64,000 nucleotides of DNA from a candidate division WOR-3 bacterium (GCA_039802605.1 JBDRWW010000005.1:47462-111461); one strand, 5' to 3'; shown: positions 50,701 through 60,188, numbered from the stretch's first letter. Notes: generated from the sequence alone by a model not told the origin. Program-made: numbers and translations.

Positions 50701-50862
50701 ACATTTATATCACTTATTCCCATAATGTTTGAAACCGAAGTAGGTTCGGGTGTTATGAAGAGGTTGGCCGCTCCCATGATAGGTGGGGTATTTTTCGCGT
50801 TAATATTGGTTTTGGTCGTGTATCCGGCGATATATAGGGTAATCTACGGGAGGGGCAAATGA
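47782..50862 (+). CDS. cusA: CusA/CzcA family heavy-metal RND permease (Cu/Ag type)
   Basis: PLDAIPNISDTQV, GPDATALGW, GVMVDA.IVMVEN, EFMPPL.EG, DPAPLSM, R.RPK.MT. Confidence 0.93.
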   Translation: MKMDKLIRWVLNNPFLTLTITAFFVILGFIAVYKTPLDAIPNISDTQVIIEAKWEGQDPTTMEDQVTYPIASAMLSAPKTKAVRGFSMPNKSLIYVIFEDGTDIYWARSRVLEYLSGISLPDEVSLRLGPDATALGWVFMYALIDTSGKNDISFLRTFNDFYLRYRILSADGVSDVASVGGYLKEYQVDIDPYKLRAYGLTLKDVLNAVKGSNMQGGGRVIEVSERYYMIRGLGYIKSPEDLEKAVIKTDPETGASIKLGDVAIVQLGPALQEGAADLDGKGEVVGGIVIMRDGENALRVINNVKRVLSETPLPEGVKIVITYDRSELIKEAVSTLFNTLIKESIAVLIVVAIFLFTLRGSLPIVVFLPLALIIPYIFIYAMRITTNIMSLGGMALSIGVMVDAGIVMVENTFKHFEKNPPKTFGERLEIVYKAICEVAPSIIFSLAIVTISFLPIFALTGEEGRLFKPLAFTKTLTMAVATVLSITLMPVLILLIIPNRVRDETQNPVNVILHKLYEPIFNSTMKYPYVFIGTWVVMSVMAFFILKRIPNEFMPPLEEGSLLYMPSSVAGVPLDKGVEILRKQDSILKTFPEVERVFGKIGRADNPTDPAPLSMIETTILLKPEKEWRRGMTLEKLIGEMNEKLQFPGWVNTWGMPIRIRVDMLSTGIRTPVGIKVLGNDPYKVESLAVEVERIISGLKETQTAFADRSAKMLYVDIIPKREKLAEYGLSVSDLTDIIGKVIGGMPIGYAVEGRERYPIRVRLARDFRDEVEDIRDLEFITPTGAVVSLGSVADVNISRAPSEIKSDNGFIASYVYVVPKGDIGMDSYVEMAKKILKEKLKLPPGYFLVFSGQYENLKRAQQTMVIILPITLIIIFILLYMNFRSFFKSILVILSVPFTLFGAFGLMYILGYKMSIASWVGVVALLGLTAELGVVMIMFMDLGLKEHPYDPLKGIYEGALRRLRPKVMTATTTFISLIPIMFETEVGSGVMKRLAAPMIGGVFFALILVLVVYPAIYRVIYGRGK

Positions 50863-51956
50863 TTTTAATCCTCGCTTTAACACTTGATGATTATTTAAAG
50901 GGTGTTAAAAACCATCCGCAGATAAAGGGGTACGAAAGCGGTGTTAGGGTTTATTCCGGAAGGGTTATAACGGATCTTTTGCCACCAAATCCTACGCTAA
51001 CATATAACGCCATGTTTATGCCCGGCGCAATATCCTTAGACCAACCAATACCCCTTTCATGGCCTATAAAAACCCTTTCAAGCTTGGAAAACAAAAGGGC
51101 TATGGAATACCAATACTTAGAACTCAAAAACGAGTTCCTTTTTATGGCTATAAACTCATACCTTGATGCCTTGTATTTACATGAGAAAATAAGGGTTTTG
51201 GAGGAAATTTTGAAGAACCTACAAAGCGTTTATAAGAGCGTATCCGCCCTTTACAAGGTTGGGAAAATCCCGGAAAGTGAGTTAAAGAGGATAGAGGCAA
51301 AGATGAATGTAATTCGCGCCGATATAGAGGGGGCAAGGGGTGAATTACTTGGTAAAATGAAACTTGTGGAATACTTTTATGGAAAATCCGTTGATAGTTT
51401 GGAATTCCCACCCGTTGATACCCTACCCAACCTTGAAAGTTTGTTAAAGGATGTTGAGAAATCCCCTTACATCAAATCCCAATATCATGCAAAGCGCTCT
51501 TCAAATTACAACAGGCTTTCATCAATCCTATCTTTGGTCCCGGTTTTATCACCGGGAATCCTTTACAACAACGGTACGATGTCCTTTTCTATATCCTTTG
51601 AAATCCCCCTTTGGCTTCCCAAATATTTTGGGGATTTAAAGGGCTCCCAAAGCGAATACAAAATGCAAGAGTACATTTACCAAAGCGTTAAATTAAGGGT
51701 GAATTCGGAGGTTTATTCGGAATATGAGGCCTATGTCTCGTCTTTGGGCAGATTAAAATCCCTTGAAATGTCTTTAAAAGAACTTGAAAAGGCTTATTCT
51801 TCCGAACTCTCAAAGTATAAAACAACGGGCGCCGGTACGACGGATTACCTGTTTATTCAAAACGATATACTTGAAACCGAACTGGCGATAATAAAGGAAA
51901 AACTTGAAGTTATAAGGAGGATATATAGGGTTAAATCGCTTCTTGGAACTATTTAA
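50859..51956 (+). CDS. TolC family outer-membrane efflux protein
   Basis: LTLDD...NHP, two helical repeats (YKVGKIP...L, EIPLW, YKTTG...DYL); follows cusA. Confidence 0.85.
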   Translation: MILILALTLDDYLKGVKNHPQIKGYESGVRVYSGRVITDLLPPNPTLTYNAMFMPGAISLDQPIPLSWPIKTLSSLENKRAMEYQYLELKNEFLFMAINSYLDALYLHEKIRVLEEILKNLQSVYKSVSALYKVGKIPESELKRIEAKMNVIRADIEGARGELLGKMKLVEYFYGKSVDSLEFPPVDTLPNLESLLKDVEKSPYIKSQYHAKRSSNYNRLSSILSLVPVLSPGILYNNGTMSFSISFEIPLWLPKYFGDLKGSQSEYKMQEYIYQSVKLRVNSEVYSEYEAYVSSLGRLKSLEMSLKELEKAYSSELSKYKTTGAGTTDYLFIQNDILETELAIIKEKLEVIRRIYRVKSLLGTI

Positions 51957-53541
51957 ACTCCCAGAATGACCTTTCCATCTTTTTCCAACCCATTTCTTCA
52001 AGGTTTTTTTGCACATCGTAATCCCCGTATGGAGCCTCAATTATGTTTCCAAAATCCCTTTCCCTATAAAAATCACCACCATGGTCGTCAAGACGGAATA
52101 TCTCTCCGGTTTCTGGGTCTTTGGTGAAGACATGCTCGCCCAAAGCGTTTGTCCAAGCGGTGTTCATATCCGATACGAACTCGTTCCCCTCAGAAATAAT
52201 TTCCCTCCAAGACTCGGATTCCTCCCTTATGGAAGAAAGGTAGTTTTGAAAGGCTTGGGCTTCCCTCCTCCTCTCCTCAATTATATTCATGGTTAAAGCG
52301 TTAAGCCTTTTGTTTTCCGCAATGAATCTCTGGTTTGTAATTTCCAACCACTGGGGGTTATAAAAATTGGAGTTTAAAAAGGATATTGCTATTCTTGAAA
52401 ACTCAACATGCCTTTTCTCCGGCATTTGGAATGTAAAAACAAAGATGGACCCACCGCCATACCCATTGGAAATTCCAAACATATCCGTGTTTACAAAACC
52501 GGCCAAAGAACAGAACCCTAAGCCATACCTAAGGGTATCCCCCTTAACGGCTTTAATGTATATTTTGTAAGCCATGCTTTTCCCCCCGGGTACCATAGAG
52601 GGTGGAGCCTTTAACCTTTGATAATCAATGTCCTCAACATTCCAACCCTTATCCCAAATCAAGTTTATAATAAGGTCTTGGCAGGTTTTTTGGGATTCCA
52701 CGCTTAAAAACCCCTCTGCCCTCCAAACTTTACCGTTCAGGTTATAAACCGTAAAAGCCGAATACCCCATAGGGCTACCGACATAGGAGGATTTAAAGTT
52801 AAAACCATCCAACCTTAGGAATTCCCCGGTTGTATCCCCAACAAGTGAATAGGAAACCCCCCAAGCGGTTCCCAATTTTATAACGCTTCCGTTAAAGTTA
52901 TACCCCTCGGGAACCAGGGAATACATAGCCACTATTCCGGATGGGTCAAGGATTGAATCCACGGTAAATGGGATACGGTAAGATGGTGGGAGTATATGGA
53001 AACTTCCAACTATTTCTTTAAGCTCATTGAGATATAAGGTATCGTATTTTGATGGGTATAACATGGCGGATACCCGTGTGTATTCCTTTCCACCGATGAG
53101 GACGAATATGGCGTCATATTCTCCTTTACCTTCGTTAATGGCAAACTTAGAGGGGAAGAGGATTTTCCTTAGGTATATAGCCCTTTCGTTTTCTTTACCC
53201 TCTTTATACATAACCTCTGTGCCGTTTAGTACATAAGGGGATAAATCCCTTTTTAGAGAATTAAAAACCTCATCTATGCTTCCACGGGCAAAGGCCACCA
53301 TGCCCGAATAGCCCTTATCGTTATATGCGTAAAATATTCCACCAACGGTTTGAAAAGTCCAACCCTTATGGTGTCTAACATAATAGCCGTTTATAGGATC
53401 TACGAATACACCCTTCCCTTTGAATAGGGAATCCAAACCTACATTTGCACTTTCCGGAAGTTTAAACTCAAAGTTTTCTTTTTTCTTAGAAGCCCTAACG
53501 CAAGCCGCTAAAATCAGAACCAAAATTATAACTTTACGCAT
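51949..53541 (-). CDS. Hypothetical lipoprotein
   Basis: Lipobox LAAC; 530 aa with C-terminal coiled region. Confidence 0.75.
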   Translation of the reverse strand: MRKVIILVLILAACVRASKKKENFEFKLPESANVGLDSLFKGKGVFVDPINGYYVRHHKGWTFQTVGGIFYAYNDKGYSGMVAFARGSIDEVFNSLKRDLSPYVLNGTEVMYKEGKENERAIYLRKILFPSKFAINEGKGEYDAIFVLIGGKEYTRVSAMLYPSKYDTLYLNELKEIVGSFHILPPSYRIPFTVDSILDPSGIVAMYSLVPEGYNFNGSVIKLGTAWGVSYSLVGDTTGEFLRLDGFNFKSSYVGSPMGYSAFTVYNLNGKVWRAEGFLSVESQKTCQDLIINLIWDKGWNVEDIDYQRLKAPPSMVPGGKSMAYKIYIKAVKGDTLRYGLGFCSLAGFVNTDMFGISNGYGGGSIFVFTFQMPEKRHVEFSRIAISFLNSNFYNPQWLEITNQRFIAENKRLNALTMNIIEERRREAQAFQNYLSSIREESESWREIISEGNEFVSDMNTAWTNALGEHVFTKDPETGEIFRLDDHGGDFYRERDFGNIIEAPYGDYDVQKNLEEMGWKKMERSFWEFK

Positions 53542-53550
53542 AGATTGGAA

Positions 53551-54114
53551 TTATACGGATGTTTTAAAAATCTCGTTTAAATCAATTTCTAAGCCTTCTA
53601 AAACCTTGCCTTTAACCTTCCCCTCTTTTTCTGCAAAGGAATAAAGTTCATATTTTCCTTTATCACCCAAAACCCATACCTCCACTACCCTTTCACCGGG
53701 TAAAACAATCCAATACTCCTTAACACCAAACTCCTCATATATTTTGAATTTTTCATACCTATCCTTCCTATAACTTCCCGGCGATACTATTTCAACAACC
53801 ATGTCTGGGGTACCGAACAAACGGCCTTCTCTTATATTTTTCAAGTTATCTTTGGATATAAAAACTATATCCGGCTGAACAACAATATCCTCGGATAATA
53901 TAACATCAAAGGGTGCATCTAAGACTTCTCCCAAACCCTTTTCTTTAACAAATTCCCAAAGTTTAAATTCTAAATCCCTTGAAATTCTCTGATGCTCGAA
54001 GTTTAGTGCGGGCATTTCTATCAACCTCCCGTTAATAACCTCATAGCGCTTATCGTCTTCGAGTTTCAAATAATCCTCGTAAGTCCAAATCCTTTCCTTA
54101 ACCATTTCCTTCAT
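53551..54114 (-). CDS. Uma2 family (PD-(D/E)xK) endonuclease, copy 5
   Basis: TYEDY, RYEVING, HQ, QPD, PD.VVEIVSP, GVKEYWIV. Confidence 0.92.
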   Translation of the reverse strand: MKEMVKERIWTYEDYLKLEDDKRYEVINGRLIEMPALNFEHQRISRDLEFKLWEFVKEKGLGEVLDAPFDVILSEDIVVQPDIVFISKDNLKNIREGRLFGTPDMVVEIVSPGSYRKDRYEKFKIYEEFGVKEYWIVLPGERVVEVWVLGDKGKYELYSFAEKEGKVKGKVLEGLEIDLNEIFKTSV

Positions 54115-54665
54115 CCGAACACCTCCTTTAAATCAACCTCTAAGCCTTCCAAAACCTTGCTTTTAACCTTCCCCTCTTTTTCTGCAAAGGAATAAAGTTC
54201 ATACTTTCCCTTCTCACCCAAAACCCATACCTCTACTGCCTTTTCTTCGGGATAAACAATCCAATACTCCTTAACACCAAACTCCTCATATATCCCCTTT
54301 TTTACAAATATATCCCTCCGTGCCGTTGATGGCGAAACTATTTCAACAACCAAGTCCGGAGCGCCCATTATTGCCTTTTCCCCTATTATGCCAAGCCTTT
54401 CCTTTGAAACATAAACTATATCCGGTTGTAATATGACATCTCCCCTAAACACAACATCTATGGGTGAGTAGTATATTTTTCCTATGCCCTTTTCCATAAC
54501 AAATTTTCTCATAACAAAATATAAACATCCGGCAATATCCTGATGCCAAGGAGTAGGTGCGGGCATTTCTGTCAACCTCCCGTTAATAACCTCATAACGC
54601 TTATCGTCTTCAAGTTTCAAATAATCCTCATAAGTCCAAATCCTTTCCTTAACCATTTCCTTCAT
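54111..54665 (-). CDS. Uma2 family endonuclease, copy 4
   Basis: Same motifs; ATGA coupling. Confidence 0.92.
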   Translation of the reverse strand: MKEMVKERIWTYEDYLKLEDDKRYEVINGRLTEMPAPTPWHQDIAGCLYFVMRKFVMEKGIGKIYYSPIDVVFRGDVILQPDIVYVSKERLGIIGEKAIMGAPDLVVEIVSPSTARRDIFVKKGIYEEFGVKEYWIVYPEEKAVEVWVLGEKGKYELYSFAEKEGKVKSKVLEGLEVDLKEVFG

Positions 54666-55216
54666 CCGAACACCTCCTTTAAATCAACCTCTAAACCTTC
54701 CAAGACTTTGCTTTTAACTTTCCCCTCTTTTTCTGCAAAGGAATAAAGTTCATATTTTCCCTTCTCACCCAAAACCCATACCTCTACTGCCTTTTCTTCG
54801 GGATAAACAATCCAATACTCCTTAACACCAAAGTTTTCATATACCCCCTTCTTAACTACGGTATCCCTCCTAGTCGTTGATGGCGAAACTATTTCAACAA
54901 TCAAGTCGGGAACACCCATTATTGCCTTTTCCCCTATTATGCCAAGCCTTTCCTTTGAAACATAAACTATATCCGGTTGTAATACAACATCCCCACTGAA
55001 TAAAACATCTATGGGAGAAACAAACGCTTTACCTAAATTTTTCCCGTTTACAAAATTTACAAGGATTACAAAAATTTTGCCAACCAAATCCTGATGCCAA
55101 GGAGTAGGTGCGGGCATTTCTACCAACCTCCCGTTAATAACCTCATAACGCTTATCATCTTCAAGTTTTAAGTAATCCTCATATGTCCAAACCTTTTCCT
55201 TAACATCCACTTTCAT
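54662..55216 (-). CDS. Uma2 family endonuclease, copy 3
   Basis: Same motifs; ATGA coupling. Confidence 0.92.
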   Translation of the reverse strand: MKVDVKEKVWTYEDYLKLEDDKRYEVINGRLVEMPAPTPWHQDLVGKIFVILVNFVNGKNLGKAFVSPIDVLFSGDVVLQPDIVYVSKERLGIIGEKAIMGVPDLIVEIVSPSTTRRDTVVKKGVYENFGVKEYWIVYPEEKAVEVWVLGEKGKYELYSFAEKEGKVKSKVLEGLEVDLKEVFG

Positions 55217-55764
55217 TTAAACACCTCCTCAACATTAACCTTTAAACCCTTTAAAAGACAGCTTTCAACCTCCCCCTTTTCAACGGCTATGGAGTGTAAA
55301 ACATACTTACCTTCCTTCAAACACCATACCTCTATTGCCTTTTCACCCGGCAAAACTATCCAATATTCCCTTACATTATACTCCTCGTATATACTAAACT
55401 TTTCATACCTATCCCTCTTATAACTACCGGGCGATACAATTTCAGCAACCAAGTCCGGTATTCCAAAAAGGCGTCCTTCCTTTATGTTTTTTAAGTTTTC
55501 GTTTGATATAAAAACTATATCAGGCTGAACCACAAGTTTTTTAGAGATAATTACATCAAATGGGGATGGGATAATTTCGCCTAGGCCCTTATCCTCGACA
55601 AAGTTCCTCATCTTAGTTGCCAATATTATCAGTATTCTCTGGTGTTCAAAGTTTAGTGCGGGCATTTCTACCAACCTCCCGTTAATAACCTCATAGCGCT
55701 TATCATCTTCAAGTTTCAAATAATCCTCGTAAGTCCAAATCCTTTCCTTAACCATTTCCTTCAT
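55213..55764 (-). CDS. Uma2 family endonuclease, copy 2
   Basis: Same motifs; ATGA coupling. Confidence 0.92.
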   Translation of the reverse strand: MKEMVKERIWTYEDYLKLEDDKRYEVINGRLVEMPALNFEHQRILIILATKMRNFVEDKGLGEIIPSPFDVIISKKLVVQPDIVFISNENLKNIKEGRLFGIPDLVAEIVSPGSYKRDRYEKFSIYEEYNVREYWIVLPGEKAIEVWCLKEGKYVLHSIAVEKGEVESCLLKGLKVNVEEVFK

Positions 55765-56186
55765 CCGAACACCTCCTTTAAATCAATTTCTAAACCTTCC
55801 AAAACCTTGCTTTTAACTTTCCCCTCTTTCTCTGCAAAGGAATAAAGTTCATATTTTCCTTTATCACCCAAAACCCACACCTCTATCGCCTTTTCATCGG
55901 GATAAACAATCCAATATTCCTTAACACCAAAGTTTTCATATATCTCCTTCTTAACTACCGTATCCCTCCTAGTCGTTGATGGCGAAACTATTTCAACAAT
56001 CAAGTTGGGTGTCCCGAACAAACTCCCTTCTTTGTCGGGTTGAACGACGATGTCTTCCGATGGTATAACATCAAAAGGGGAAGGTATGACCTTTAAACTC
56101 CCTTTCATAACCTCATAACGCTTGTCATCATCGAATTTGAAGTAATCTTCATAAGTCCAAGCCTTCCTTTCAACCACATCTTCCAT
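55761..56186 (-). CDS. Uma2 family protein, copy 1, with two in-frame internal deletions
   Basis: Start MEDVVERK at 56186; lacks the MPA..HQ helix and the segment after QPD. Confidence 0.75.
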   Translation of the reverse strand: MEDVVERKAWTYEDYFKFDDDKRYEVMKGSLKVIPSPFDVIPSEDIVVQPDKEGSLFGTPNLIVEIVSPSTTRRDTVVKKEIYENFGVKEYWIVYPDEKAIEVWVLGDKGKYELYSFAEKEGKVKSKVLEGLEIDLKEVFG

Positions 56187-56257
56187 ACAAAGTAGTATTT
56201 TAAGGCAGAGAAGGAGTATATGTTTTAAACTTTTCGCCTTTAAAATACCCGCTTTAC

Positions 56258-56347
56258 GGAGAGGTGCCCGAGCGGCCGAAGGGGCGCGACTGGAAATCGC
56301 GCGTCCCCCCAAAAGGGGGACCGAGGGTTCAAATCCCTCCCTCTCCG
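56258..56347 (+). tRNA. tRNA-Ser(GGA), no encoded CCA
   Basis: GGAGAGG/CCTCTCC acceptor, loop CTGGAAA, long variable arm, TTCAAAT, discriminator G. Confidence 0.97.
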
Positions 56348-56350
56348 TTT

Positions 56351-56836
56351 TTGAAAAAGTACGTTTTGGGTTATCTCCTAAGGGGGGAAGAGATTTTATT
56401 GATTTACAAAAAAAGGGGATTGGGTGAAGGTTTGTATAACGGTTTTGGTGGAAAGATAGAGGTTGGCGAAAACTCTTTAAGGGCTTTAATAAGGGAAAGT
56501 AAGGAAGAAATTGGGGTTATACCCATTGAGTTTGAAAGGGTTGCGAGGCTGTATTTCTTTGACGATGTCGGTGTGGAAATGGCAGGTGATGTATTTTTCA
56601 TTACCAAATGGGAGGGGGAAATAGTTGAATCGGATGAGGCAAAACCCCAATGGTTTAAAATTTCCCAAATCCCTTATGATAAAATGTGGGAGGATGATAA
56701 AATTTGGCTACCTTTGGTTTTACAAGGAAAGAGAATAACCGGGAAATTTTACTTTGATGATTTATATTCCGATTCCCCAAAGTTAAAGGGTTATACGATA
56801 AAAGAGAGGATATTGGAAGAAATGTTTCAAATGTAA
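56351..56836 (+). CDS. NUDIX hydrolase (8-oxo-dGTP diphosphatase, MTH1-like)
   Basis: KKRG.G.G.YNGFGGKIE.GE.....LIRE..EE.G Nudix box, IPYDKMW.DD; TTG start after the tRNA. Confidence 0.9.
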   Translation: MKKYVLGYLLRGEEILLIYKKRGLGEGLYNGFGGKIEVGENSLRALIRESKEEIGVIPIEFERVARLYFFDDVGVEMAGDVFFITKWEGEIVESDEAKPQWFKISQIPYDKMWEDDKIWLPLVLQGKRITGKFYFDDLYSDSPKLKGYTIKERILEEMFQM

Positions 56837-56870
56837 AGTCTCACTATGTGGTTTATAAAGCACAGAGTGA
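56837..56870. repeat. Imperfect palindrome and partner of the 16-bp inverted repeat
   Basis: TCACTATGTG-G-TTTATAAA-G-CACAGAGTGA (56841-56870). Confidence 0.7.
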
Positions 56871-56964
56871 TATACAAAACACCTTATCGGGGTTGCCCTA
56901 CCCTCTGCCCCGTCATTCACCAAACTTCCCACAAAAAAGTTTCTCAAAGGTATTATTTCCGCTT

Positions 56965-58257
56965 ATGAGATTTGGTGTAAGGTTTTCTTACCTTTTGCCG
57001 ATAGAACCGGATGATGTAATTGAAGACGGTTTGTTGGTTGTTGAGGACGATACAATCATATACTGCGGAAAGTGGAGGGATGTTGAGGATATACCCGTAA
57101 TAGATACAAGACCATCTATTGGTTTGCCAACTTTGATAAACACTCATACACATACTGCAATGGTTGCTTATAGGGGGCTTGCGGATGATTTACCTTTATT
57201 TAAATGGCTTCAAGAGTATATATGGCCTGCGGAAGCGAAAACGGTTAATGAGGAAATGATAAAATTGGCGTTTAAACTGGCAATTGCGGAAATGGTTAAT
57301 GGGGGAACCGGTGCAATAAACGATATGTATTTCTTCCAAGAAGCTGCCGCGGAAGTTATGGAGGAAATAGGTTTTAGGGGTTTGTTGGGTGAGGGGTTAA
57401 TAGATTTTCCAACACCTTCATTTAAAAAACCCGAGGAAGGGATTAAGAAGGTTGAAAACCAGTTAAGGGCCAGGAATATGTATAAGTTTGTAAGGTTTTC
57501 CGTTTGCCTCCACGCCCCCTATTCTTGCTCCCCCGAACTTATAAAAACGGGTGTGGATATGGCAAGGGATTACGATGTGCCTGTTCATATGCATGTTGCG
57601 GAAACCCTAAACGAGGTTGATGAAATAACAAAAAGGTATGGCAAAAGACCGGTTGAATACCTTGAAAGTTTGGGAGTTCTAAGCGAAAAATTTATAGCAG
57701 CGCACTCCGTTCATCTAAACGAAGAAGAAATAAACATATATGCCGAAAGGGGTGTAAAGGTTGCGCACGACCCCCAGAGTAATATGAAGTTGTCTTCGGG
57801 TATAGCCCCGGTGGATGAGTATTTAAACAGGGGTATAACCGTTGGTTTGGCTACGGATGGGGCGGCTTCAAACAACGATTTGGATATGTTTGAGGAGATG
57901 CGGACAGCCGCTCTACTCCACAAGGTTAGGACGATGAATCCAGAAGTTATGGATGCAAAAACGGTGGTTAAGATGGCAACAATTGAAGGGGCAAAGGTTA
58001 TAGGATTTGATGATATAATAGGATCTTTGAAGGTTGGAAAAAAGGCGGACTTTATTGCCGTTTCCCTCGATTCCCCGCACATGCAACCCGTTTATGACCC
58101 ATATTCCCATTTGGTTTATGTTGCAAAATCTTCGGATGTGAAATGGGTTTTTATAGACGGGAAGCCTTTAAAAAAGGACGGAAAATTGACATTTATAAGC
58201 GATGAGGAAATAAGGGATATAGGTAAAAAACTAAAAGAAATGGTTTTAGGGGGCTAA
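56965..58257 (+). CDS. mtaD: Amidohydrolase, 5-methylthioadenosine/SAH deaminase-like
   Basis: NTHTH, HAPYSC, HMHVAET, AAHSVH, SNMKLSSG, TDGAASNN.LD; start reassigned to ATG 56965. Confidence 0.85.
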   Translation: MRFGVRFSYLLPIEPDDVIEDGLLVVEDDTIIYCGKWRDVEDIPVIDTRPSIGLPTLINTHTHTAMVAYRGLADDLPLFKWLQEYIWPAEAKTVNEEMIKLAFKLAIAEMVNGGTGAINDMYFFQEAAAEVMEEIGFRGLLGEGLIDFPTPSFKKPEEGIKKVENQLRARNMYKFVRFSVCLHAPYSCSPELIKTGVDMARDYDVPVHMHVAETLNEVDEITKRYGKRPVEYLESLGVLSEKFIAAHSVHLNEEEINIYAERGVKVAHDPQSNMKLSSGIAPVDEYLNRGITVGLATDGAASNNDLDMFEEMRTAALLHKVRTMNPEVMDAKTVVKMATIEGAKVIGFDDIIGSLKVGKKADFIAVSLDSPHMQPVYDPYSHLVYVAKSSDVKWVFIDGKPLKKDGKLTFISDEEIRDIGKKLKEMVLGG

Positions 58258-58258
58258 G

Positions 58259-58783
58259 ATGATTTCCCCTTTAAGTTTTAACATTTTCATTACGGGAATT
58301 TTGCTCAAAGGAAATGATAACATACGGAGAATCCAAAGGGATTAAAAACGCCAACGCCGGAAAATCATCTCTATGGCCGAATACGACGAAATGATAAAGT
58401 TAAAACTTAGGAGTAATGGGGGTTTGGGTGCAAAATACGATTTTTTAAAGGATAGTTTAAAGGAATTCTCAATAAGTGTTGCCGTATTGAGATCGTATGA
58501 GGAGTTTTTTGGCCTTTCACCCTCTTAGTTGTACAGATTATCCATAAGGCCTAAAGTTAGAATATCCGTAGGTAATTTAAGGGTTTATGGCTTGGTGTTC
58601 TACCAACCGAGGATTGGAAAGTTTGAAGATTATCTGATTGATGCCACCCTTTCGGCAAACTTAATTTTATCTTCACGAATATCCCTACGAGTAGAAATAG
58701 CGGATAAATATACGAGTATCGTACCCGAAGGGGTAAAGAATAACGATGTTAAAACCCTATTGGGACTAAATCTATCGTTTTAA
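58259..58783 (+). pseudogene. DUF481-like outer-membrane beta-barrel, disrupted
   Basis: Fragments KGNDN / YGESKGIKNAN / EYDEMIKLKLR.NGGLG.KY / FYQP....EDY / PEGVKNND...GLNLSF, with frameshifts and TAG 58526-58528. Confidence 0.65.
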
Positions 58784-58859
58784 AAATAGACCTAAGCCTA
58801 AACCCAAAATCAAACCCGCAAACCATAGGGGAGCGAAGCACATTTATAATACCAGAATT

Positions 58860-60188
58860 ATGATACACATAATTATTTCTCAGTGCTTTACGGATTATGC
58901 TTGCGGTTCTTGGTTGATCTATCAGGGCTCTCAAAAGCATACGGGGTTTCAGGCTTTAAGGGGTTATTTGGACAGCGCGAGAACCGTAAAATGGACATCT
59001 TTAACGCATATCAATATTATTGCCGTTCCAACCGTTGGCGATGTTAATGGCGATGGGTTAAATGAGGTCTTAGTTATAGGTTCGGATACCCTATTCGTTT
59101 TAAGGGGGTCGGACGGAAGTTTATTATGGAAAAAGTATTTGGGGGGACACGAAGGTTCAACCCCCGCAATATACGATATAGATGGGGATGATTCCGTAGA
59201 AATCGTTATCGGAAAGTATGGAAGTGTATGGGCTTACCAGGTCATGTTTTTAATTCACCGGTAATAGGGGATGTAAATAACGATGGTTATACCGATGTGG
59301 TAATATTATCAACATGGGGAATTGTTGGCCTTGACACCTCGAGGATGTTCGTAATAAGGGGAGATGGAACCCCCATATATCAGGTGGATGCCCCAACCAT
59401 CGCCCTTTATTCATATGCTTCGCCTTTATTAGGGGATTTAAACGGTGATGGTTATAAGGAAATAATTACGGTTTATAGCGATGAGGATGCCGGTGGGGGT
59501 GTTGCTTGTGCTTACGATGGTCCTTCGGGTACAAACATTTGGTGTTCCACAATGGGATTTCCTTTAACATATATGGGGGCATCTTCATCGCCGGTAATAA
59601 CGGATGCCAATAACGATGGAAATCCAGATGTTATTGTATCCGAAGCGTATTCCAATTTATACATTTTTAGAGGTTCGGATGGATATACCCTATTTTCATT
59701 GTCCGGTGCGGGAAGGAATACCCCGGCATCTTGGGATATAGATAACGACGGAAACCGTGAAATAATAGTTCCGGGTGTTAGGGCTTATAGAAATGGGATG
59801 CTTATTTGGTATAAAAATAGCGGATGTAAGCAATAGTTCTATGGGTTTGGAGATTGTAGTAAGCGTGGATACCGGTTTGTTCGTTTTATCGTCTTCTGGG
59901 AGCATACTTTGGCGGGAACGTCCTATAACCACAATAAAAAATTCTTCTGTCGCAGATGTTGATGGAGATGGGTGTTCCGAAATTGTAGTCGTTGGAAGGG
60001 GTGTGGCAATTATAGACGCACCGGCCTCGGCCTGCGGTTATGTATGGGTTTCAGAAGGTATAACAAAACCAAAGAAGGGCAATTTAAGGATTTATAACAT
60101 ACTTGGGGCGGAGGTTGAAGGTTTTAAAGGTAAAGGTGTGTATTTTGTAAAGGAAGGTGGGAGGGTTTATAAGGTATTAAAGAGGTAA
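58860..60188 (+). pseudogene. FG-GAP repeat protein with T9SS-type CTD, two frameshifts
   Basis: D.N.DG..E loops across three ORFs (58860-59264, 59228-59836, 59775-60188); C-terminal IYNILG...GVYFV...KVLKR. Confidence 0.8.

Noticed and set aside
53551..56186. Diversity-generating retroelement as the cause of Uma2 variation
   Set aside because: No reverse transcriptase in the window, and differences are block-wise rather than adenine-specific.
44069..56347. Integrative element at tRNA-Ser
   Set aside because: No integrase or transposase, no duplicated tRNA 3' end seen, and the accessory genes lie 5' of the tRNA.
56187..56350. N-terminal extensions of the NUDIX and Uma2 copy 1 ORFs
   Set aside because: They run through tRNA-Ser; better starts lie at 56351 and 56186.
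58526..58528. TAG read-through (pyrrolysine or recoding)
   Set aside because: The same gene also has frameshifts, and TAG serves as a normal stop elsewhere in the window.
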